From the IMG/VR virus record IMGVR_UViG_3300031669_000108, positions 1 to 37,256 of that record: DNA of 37,256 nucleotides; one strand, written 5' to 3'. Made by a program: the position numbers and the translations under genes. Source of the stretch: a virus. The notes beneath the pieces are model-generated. The model searched no databases. It saw only the letters and a list, made by a program, of their open reading frames with translations, and had not been told where the DNA came from. This document shows, in pieces, positions 24,444 through 29,305 of the stretch; position 1 is the first letter of the stretch; every line of letters starts with the position of its first letter.

Positions 24444-25158
24444 AAAACTTTCTTTAATTTATTTGTTTCTATATTTTATAGTGTCTTTTCTTGGATTCTA
24501 TACTAAAAATATATTTATTGAGGAAACATTAAGTAAACTAGAGTTTATTATGTTTGCTCTTTTAGGTTTCTTTGTTTGTTATTCAGATATAAAGCCTGCA
24601 AAAAGTCTTTTTTCTTTATTAGTTATATATAATATATTTATATTATTTACTGACTTTAAAATTTATATAAACCCTGTTTATGTATTTTGCGAAAATTTAT
24701 CATTTGTATTATTAGGTTCTCGTTTAATATTAAGAGAATATAATATAAAAAGTGATAAAATCAACAGAAAAAACATCTGCTTTGTGTTTAGAAAACCTAA
24801 AAAATTAAATGAATATTTAAAATCTATAGCAGGTTCTTATACTTCAAGCTTTGGAATGATAATTGATAATAATATTTTCCAACTAAGAAAAAGATTTGGT
24901 TCTATTCAATGTAATAGATATAAAGAAAGTTATATCTATAATAACTATATTGTATATGATACAGGTATTAGTATAAATACTTTAACTAAAGAAGATATTA
25001 AAAAACTATTATCTAATAAAGCTAGAAGATTAAAGACATTGTTTTTTAGAATAAATTGCTTAGTATGTTTCAAGGATGTTTTAAATAAAATAGGCTTAGG
25101 TTATGGTTGGAGATTTCTTCCATGTCTATTTATGAAAGTGGTTATAAATGACAGATAA
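24430..25158 (+). CDS. Polytopic membrane protein with a C-terminal soluble domain (function unknown)
   Basis: 242 aa. About four N-terminal TM helices, then a ~130-aa Cys-containing domain. The segment looks more AT-rich than its neighbours. Confidence 0.6.
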   Translation: MEKAKKLSLIYLFLYFIVSFLGFYTKNIFIEETLSKLEFIMFALLGFFVCYSDIKPAKSLFSLLVIYNIFILFTDFKIYINPVYVFCENLSFVLLGSRLILREYNIKSDKINRKNICFVFRKPKKLNEYLKSIAGSYTSSFGMIIDNNIFQLRKRFGSIQCNRYKESYIYNNYIVYDTGISINTLTKEDIKKLLSNKARRLKTLFFRINCLVCFKDVLNKIGLGYGWRFLPCLFMKVVINDR

Positions 25159-25435
25159 AGAATTAAAACAATTACAAAAGTTTTCTACTGATATAATTAA
25201 AAAGACTAGATTAGAAACAAGGAAAGAATGTTTTGAAGTAATGGGAGAAGCAATAGGTTATGATTTAGGTAATCCTGAAGATGTTAAAAAGCTTCAAAAT
25301 ATAGTTAAGTTTGGAGAAAATCAATTAATTATAAGAAATAAGATAGCAGATTCAACTATTAAAGCAGTAGTAGGATCAGTTGTTTTAGCTTTAGGAGGCT
25401 TGTTAATAACTGGTTTATATACTAAATTTAAATAA
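25148..25435 (+). CDS. C-terminally membrane-anchored protein (95 aa)
   Basis: C-terminal TM helix AVVGSVVLALGGLLITGLY. Could be lysis-related. Confidence 0.5.
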   Translation: MTDKELKQLQKFSTDIIKKTRLETRKECFEVMGEAIGYDLGNPEDVKKLQNIVKFGENQLIIRNKIADSTIKAVVGSVVLALGGLLITGLYTKFK

Positions 25436-25438
25436 AGC

Positions 25439-25468
25439 TTGACATATAAATTAAAGTGTTTTTATAAT
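25439..25468 (+). promoter_or_regulatory. sigma70-type promoter TTGACA-18 nt-TATAAT (lysis cassette)
   Basis: TTGACA 25439-25444 and TATAAT 25463-25468. Confidence 0.6.
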
Positions 25469-25503
25469 ACTTTATGTTTCAAACAAAATAAGGAGAAAAG
25501 AAA

Positions 25504-25710
25504 ATGGAAACAATTATAGATTTAATTATACAATATACACCTAAGGTTGCAGTTATAATTGGTTATATGTATGCCGGATTAATTGCTAGTAGAGGTTTAT
25601 TGACATTTATTGTTAAACTAACTAAAACAGACAAAGACAATGCTATTGTAAAGAAACTGTATGCATTTTTAGATAAATATGGTATTGACTTTAAAAAGTT
25701 AGAAAAATAA
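25504..25710 (+). CDS. Holin (probable)
   Basis: 68 aa. TM region VAVIIGYMYAGLIASRGLLTFIV with a charged C-terminus. First gene of the lysis cassette. Confidence 0.55.
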   Translation: METIIDLIIQYTPKVAVIIGYMYAGLIASRGLLTFIVKLTKTDKDNAIVKKLYAFLDKYGIDFKKLEK

Positions 25711-25711
25711 A

Positions 25712-25936
25712 ATGAAGAAATATTTATACATATTCGTAGCAGGGTTAGTAAGTTTATTAACTCTGCTTTTTATGTCTTTCAAAGCTGGAGGAGATAAAAT
25801 CAAAGTTAAAATATTAAATAAAACGGTAAAGAAAAATGAAAAAACACAAAGAATTAAAAACTCTAATGTTGGTATTAGTCGCGACAAGTATCTTAAATGG
25901 TTGCAGTCTAAAGGGAATAAGCATACAGGATTGTAA
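25712..25936 (+). CDS. i-spanin (Rz-like)
   Basis: 74 aa. N-terminal TM anchor YLYIFVAGLVSLLTLLFMSF with a charged periplasmic part. The o-spanin ORF starts inside it in another frame. Confidence 0.55.
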   Translation: MKKYLYIFVAGLVSLLTLLFMSFKAGGDKIKVKILNKTVKKNEKTQRIKNSNVGISRDKYLKWLQSKGNKHTGL

Positions 25937-26030
25937 ATATAAATTTGACTTGACTGACCCTGCTGTTGTAAATTTAAACCAACATAATATGGAAACAATA
26001 AAATCACACGAGGAGGATTGTTATGAATAA
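25836..26030 (+). CDS. o-spanin (Rz1-like outer-membrane lipoprotein)
   Basis: MKKHKELKTLMLVLVATSILNGC: signal peptide plus lipobox L-N-G-C. Starts within the i-spanin gene (overlapped architecture). Confidence 0.65.
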   Translation: MKKHKELKTLMLVLVATSILNGCSLKGISIQDCKYKFDLTDPAVVNLNQHNMETIKSHEEDCYE

Positions 26031-26454
26031 ATTAAATCCAATTATAGATGAATTTGAGGAATGCTATCTTTTTGCTTATGCAGATGATGGGGGCATAGCA
26101 ACTATTGGTAGAGGGACAACACATTACATTAATGGTAAGCCAGTTGAAATGGGAGATGAAATAACAGAAGATAAAGCAGATGCTTATTATTTCCACGATA
26201 TAAAAAAAATATATAAAAAATGTAAGTTTCCTAAATGGCTTGGTGTTAATCAAAAAATAGCATTAGAAAGCTTAGTGTATAATGTTGGTATTTCTGCATA
26301 TAACAAGTCTAAATTAAAAATAGCTATTGATAACAAGGACTTGAAAGAAATATATAAGCAATGGGATTGGATTTATATAAATAAAACCCCTGCTCGTGGA
26401 CTAGCTAGAAGAAGAGCATTAGAATTATATTATTTTATGAAAGATAAGATTTAA
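26023..26454 (+). CDS. Endolysin, GH24 (T4/lambda-type lysozyme)
   Basis: IIDEFEECYLFAYADDGGIATIGRGTTH matches the E...D..G..TIG.G catalytic region of GH24 lysozymes. Confidence 0.85.
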   Translation: MNKLNPIIDEFEECYLFAYADDGGIATIGRGTTHYINGKPVEMGDEITEDKADAYYFHDIKKIYKKCKFPKWLGVNQKIALESLVYNVGISAYNKSKLKIAIDNKDLKEIYKQWDWIYINKTPARGLARRRALELYYFMKDKI

Positions 26455-26455
26455 T

Positions 26456-26869
26456 ATGTTCGATTCGCAAAATAAGTTTACACTAAATATTAATCTGTAT
26501 TCTAGTAAAAATAGCAAGCAAATTAGATATAATCGCAAAACTAATCGTAGTTTTATAACTAAAAGTAATAATTGCATAGCAAAAGAGCCTGTTTTAATGC
26601 AGTGTTTATTAAATTCTAAACAAGACTGGCTAAAATTTATTAGAGGCACTGAAAAGCCCTTAAAACTAGGTATATATATTTACAGAAAAACTAAACATAC
26701 TTTTGATTATATAAATATAGTTCAACAATTATTTGATTGTATGACAAAATGTAATTATTGGGTAGATGATGATTCAAAGAATGTTGAACCTATTTTTTTA
26801 GGTTGTGATTATGACAAAGATAATCCCAGAATTTACTTTTACTTGATTGATGAAATTAAATTAAAATAA
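26456..26869 (+). CDS. RusA-like Holliday junction resolvase (divergent)
   Basis: PLKLGIYIYRKTKHTFDYINIVQQLFDCMTKCNYWVDDDSKNV aligns by eye with E. coli RusA [42 protein letters not shown]. The D72-equivalent residue is Ile. Confidence 0.45.
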   Translation: MFDSQNKFTLNINLYSSKNSKQIRYNRKTNRSFITKSNNCIAKEPVLMQCLLNSKQDWLKFIRGTEKPLKLGIYIYRKTKHTFDYINIVQQLFDCMTKCNYWVDDDSKNVEPIFLGCDYDKDNPRIYFYLIDEIKLK

Positions 26870-27054
26870 ACTTAATCTTCTTTGATTTTTAAGTTGTTTC
26901 CAAAATGGAAATAACTGCAAAGCCTTTGCTGATATATAAAATCTTCTTTGACTGTTATGTTATGAAAATCCAATATTAAACTTATGCTAACTTAATAAAT
27001 ATCATAATATACATAAATATATTAGTGTATAAAAAAACATAGAAAACTCATATA

Positions 27055-27089
27055 AGTAAAAAAGACTACCTAAATAAATAAGTAGTCTT
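27055..27089 (-). terminator. Intrinsic terminator oriented for the minus strand
   Basis: On the minus strand: aagactac-ttatttatttag-gtagtctt followed by tttttac. On the + strand the same hairpin is followed only by aattta. Confidence 0.45.
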
Positions 27090-27183
27090 AATTTAGCTAC
27101 CACCGAGAAAAGCCCAGAAATAGCAGATACCCATTGCTGGGATTAATATAGTGAAGTCTGAAATGTCTGACTTACTATTTAAC
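27055..27183 (-). ncRNA. Predicted ~130-nt minus-strand small RNA
   Basis: Bounded by the minus-strand promoter (27218-27190) and a minus-strand intrinsic terminator (stem 27089-27082 with 27069-27062, then a U-run from 27061-27055). No ORF. The body is locally GC-richer with two more hairpins. Confidence 0.3.
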
Positions 27184-27189
27184 TATTAA

Positions 27190-27218
27190 TATATAGCATA
27201 ACTATTATTGTTTGTCAA
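27190..27218 (-). promoter_or_regulatory. Minus-strand sigma70-like promoter TTGACA-17 nt-TATATA
   Basis: Reverse complement of 27213-27218 is TTGACA, and of 27190-27195 is TATATA. The -35 box and spacer (TTGACAAAcAATAATAGTT) recur at 27562-27544. Confidence 0.4.
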
Positions 27219-27286
27219 GTTATTGATTTTAAAGAGATTTTAAAGAGATTTTAAAGAGATTTTAAATGTATATAAGTGTATATAAA
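27200..27286 (+). repeat. Direct repeat copy A (contains three 11-bp units)
   Basis: aactattattgtttgtcaagttattgatttt + (aaagagatttt)x3 + aaatgtatataagtgtatataaa. Copy B starts exactly 100 bp downstream. Confidence 0.9.
27231..27263 (+). repeat. 11-bp x3 perfect tandem repeat aaagagatttt (iteron-like)
   Basis: Units at 27231-27241, 27242-27252 and 27253-27263. A fourth copy lies at 27331-27341. Confidence 0.9.
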
Positions 27287-27307
27287 AAAATGTATTTTTG
27301 TTTATTC

Positions 27308-27364
27308 TTGTTTGTCAAGTTATTGATTTTAAAGAGATTTTAAATGTATATAAGTGTATATAAA
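27308..27364 (+). repeat. Direct repeat copy B (one 11-bp unit)
   Basis: ttgtttgtcaagttattgatttt + aaagagatttt + aaatgtatataagtgtatataaa, identical to copy A apart from two missing 11-bp units. Confidence 0.9.
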
Positions 27365-27533
27365 TAACATTACCTAACTGTAACTTTTTTACTAAAATAT
27401 GTTATATCTTCTCCTATTACTCCTACATAACTATAATTTATCTTACTTCTCCTTTTAATATTTTATTATCTTTAATATCATATTCTATCTCTCTTTCTTT
27501 CTACACAACAACACTATATTGCTGATATTATTT

Positions 27534-27562
27534 ATTATTACACAACTATTATTATTTGTCAA
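27534..27562 (-). promoter_or_regulatory. Minus-strand sigma70-like promoter TTGACA-17 nt-AATAAT
   Basis: Reverse complement of 27557-27562 is TTGACA, and of 27534-27539 is AATAAT. It would transcribe the G-free tract as a C-free, purine-rich RNA. Confidence 0.35.
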
Positions 27563-27585
27563 ATAAAAATAAATTATTTTTTTAC

Positions 27586-27660
27586 TTGCAATTAAAATAG
27601 AAATGCTTTAACTTGTATATATATCGATTCGGATATAATAAACTAAGAAGGGAAAATATT
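27586..27660 (+). promoter_or_regulatory. Early promoter/leader cassette 1 (TTGCAA-17-TAACTT, TGTATATA box, CGATTCGG box, AAGGGAAAA SD)
   Basis: One of three paralogous ~80-bp cassettes (the others at 31650 and 33046). First promoter after the non-coding island. Confidence 0.55.
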
Positions 27661-27900
27661 ATGGGAACATTACACGAACATATAAGTAAAAAAGACTTAG
27701 ACAAAGACTGTAAAAGATGTGGAGGAGAATATAACACAAACGATAGAGTCAGGTGTATGACTTGTGGAAACTTAAATCCTAAGTTAAGAGCAAAAGAAGT
27801 TAAATCTCCATTTAGTAAAGATTATGTATGCACTATATCTAAAGAGGATTTAGCAGACCAACAAGATATGAGAAATCAAAAGGCAGGTTTAAGATGTTAA
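27661..27900 (+). CDS. Early zinc-ribbon protein (79 aa)
   Basis: MGTLHEHISKKDLDKDCKRCGG...RCMTCGN. ATG 27661 follows the conserved SD; the ORF-track start 27613 lies within the leader. Confidence 0.6.
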   Translation: MGTLHEHISKKDLDKDCKRCGGEYNTNDRVRCMTCGNLNPKLRAKEVKSPFSKDYVCTISKEDLADQQDMRNQKAGLRC

Positions 27901-28076
27901 CAACAAAAGAAATAAATAAATATCATAAAACAAGATTAAAACATAGAGTTAAATACTGGAAAAGTATGTATGAAGCTAAAGAAACATATTCAAGTAGTAA
28001 TGATAGAGTTTATATTTCTATTATTTGTATAATAATGATTATAAACATAATACTATTAGTTAAAACAGGAGGATAA
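27894..28076 (+). CDS. Small membrane-anchored protein (60 aa)
   Basis: C-terminal TM helix VYISIICIIMIINIILLV. Confidence 0.5.
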   Translation: MLTTKEINKYHKTRLKHRVKYWKSMYEAKETYSSSNDRVYISIICIIMIINIILLVKTGG

Positions 28077-28080
28077 ATAA

Positions 28081-28341
28081 ATGAAGATAGAGGAAAATAC
28101 ATTATATGCTATAATGGTAAGTGAAAGAGAACCTTATGGATTACAAAAAGCATATATAAGAGGAGAAGAAATTGTTTTTATTAGAAATAAAGCAGGAGTT
28201 CATTCTTGGCATTGTAATTATTTAAAATTAAACCATTCAGATATAGAAGGTTTTATATTAAATGGAAACTATTATAGAGATGAGATAGATGTTTTAAAAA
28301 AGCATTACAAAGAAATAGAACATAAAATTTACAAAGGATGA
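28081..28341 (+). CDS. Hypothetical early protein (86 aa)
   Basis: ORF track, with aggagg upstream. Confidence 0.6.
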   Translation: MKIEENTLYAIMVSEREPYGLQKAYIRGEEIVFIRNKAGVHSWHCNYLKLNHSDIEGFILNGNYYRDEIDVLKKHYKEIEHKIYKG

Positions 28342-28350
28342 TAAAACTAC

Positions 28351-28379
28351 TTGACTTTTAAAATAAACAAGTATAACAT
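28351..28379 (+). promoter_or_regulatory. sigma70-type promoter ctacTTGACT with TATAAC/TAACAT -10
   Basis: TTGACT 28351-28356. The -10 is either TATAAC (28372-28377, 15-nt spacer) or TAACAT (28374-28379, 17-nt spacer). A ~95-nt GC-richer leader follows. Confidence 0.45.
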
Positions 28380-28476
28380 AACAATTAATCATAGCAGTAA
28401 GCACTCGTTCTTCGGATTAGATGTCGACCTGATGTGATTACAATAAGCTAGTAATAGCTAAGAAAGGACATCGACA

Positions 28477-28662
28477 ATGACATATCAAGAAACATTTAAT
28501 CAGACATTAAAAGATATTAGAATGGTTTGTAATGCTACAGGCAACGAATCATTAGCTAATACTATAGTTAAGAGATTATTTGACTTTTCAGATGAATTAA
28601 AAAATAACGATTTAATAAAGGACACAGACAATGACACAACAATCGAAAACTACGACAAATAA
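28477..28662 (+). CDS. Hypothetical acidic protein (61 aa)
   Basis: ORF track, with aaagga upstream. Confidence 0.55.
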   Translation: MTYQETFNQTLKDIRMVCNATGNESLANTIVKRLFDFSDELKNNDLIKDTDNDTTIENYDK

Positions 28663-29305
28663 AGACCCAGCAGTATTATTATATACAAGTGATTTCTTAA
28701 CAGGAACACTATTTATGAACTATGAAGAAAAAGGTAAATATATAACCTTGCTTTGTATTCAACATCAAAAAGGAAGATTAACAAAAGAAGAGTTATTTTC
28801 TATTTGTAGTAAGGAAGATGTTAAAGTTATCTCTAAGTTTTCTATTGCAAAAAATGGACTTTACTTTAATAAAAGATTAGAAGATGAATCTATTAAAAGA
28901 AAAAAATACTCTGAAAGTCGCAGAAACAATAGACTTAATAAGAATAAAGATAAAGAAGATATAAATAACATATGTAAAACATATGATAAACATATGGAAG
29001 ATGAAATTGTAAGTAAAGATAATATAGTATTTGAAGATTTTTATTTACAATACCCAATTAAGAAATCTAAAGTTCAAGCATTAAGAAACTGGAATAGATT
29101 ATCAGAAACTATTAAAAGCAAATGTATCGATGTTGTAAATAGCAAAGAATTTAAAGACTGGGTAGAAAAGCAAGATAATAAATATATTAAACACCCTAGC
29201 ACTTGGTTAAGTCAAGGTTGTTGGGAAGATGAGCTAGAGATAAAACCTAAAAGCAGTTTAGATGATGATGAGCTATTTAAAAAAGCATTGGAGAGTTCAA
29301 AATGA
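28631..29305 (+). CDS. Replication organiser / initiator-like protein (DUF1376-like N-terminus)
   Basis: DPAVLLYTSDFLTGTLFMNYEEKGKYITLLCIQHQKG (DUF1376/YdaU-like) and FEDFYLQYPIKKSKVQALRNWNRL...HPSTWLSQGCWEDE (common in phage replisome organisers). Immediately upstream of the helicase. Confidence 0.55.
   Translation: MTQQSKTTTNKDPAVLLYTSDFLTGTLFMNYEEKGKYITLLCIQHQKGRLTKEELFSICSKEDVKVISKFSIAKNGLYFNKRLEDESIKRKKYSESRRNNRLNKNKDKEDINNICKTYDKHMEDEIVSKDNIVFEDFYLQYPIKKSKVQALRNWNRLSETIKSKCIDVVNSKEFKDWVEKQDNKYIKHPSTWLSQGCWEDELEIKPKSSLDDDELFKKALESSK

Noticed and set aside
25699-26007. 102-aa minus-strand ORF, plus minus-strand ORFs 26032-26253, 26425-26649 and 34353-34610
   Set aside because: They are antisense to the spanin, endolysin, RusA-like or small-gene ORFs. 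They lack an RBS and their composition is consistent with shadow frames.
26869-26900. Hairpin aacttaa/ttaagtt just after the last late gene considered as the late-operon terminator
   Set aside because: It is a 7-bp all-A/T-dominated stem with a 13-nt loop and only gtttcc downstream, which is too weak to call.
27088-27180. GC-richer patches in the non-coding island (27088-27180) and in the 28380-28476 leader considered as tRNA genes
   Set aside because: I could not build a cloverleaf. There is no GTTCRANYC-type T-loop and no 7-bp acceptor stem pairing.
27231-27341. The short repeats considered as a CRISPR array
   Set aside because: The units are only 11 bp and directly abutting, with no spacers. 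The fourth copy is part of a larger duplicated block, and there are no cas genes.
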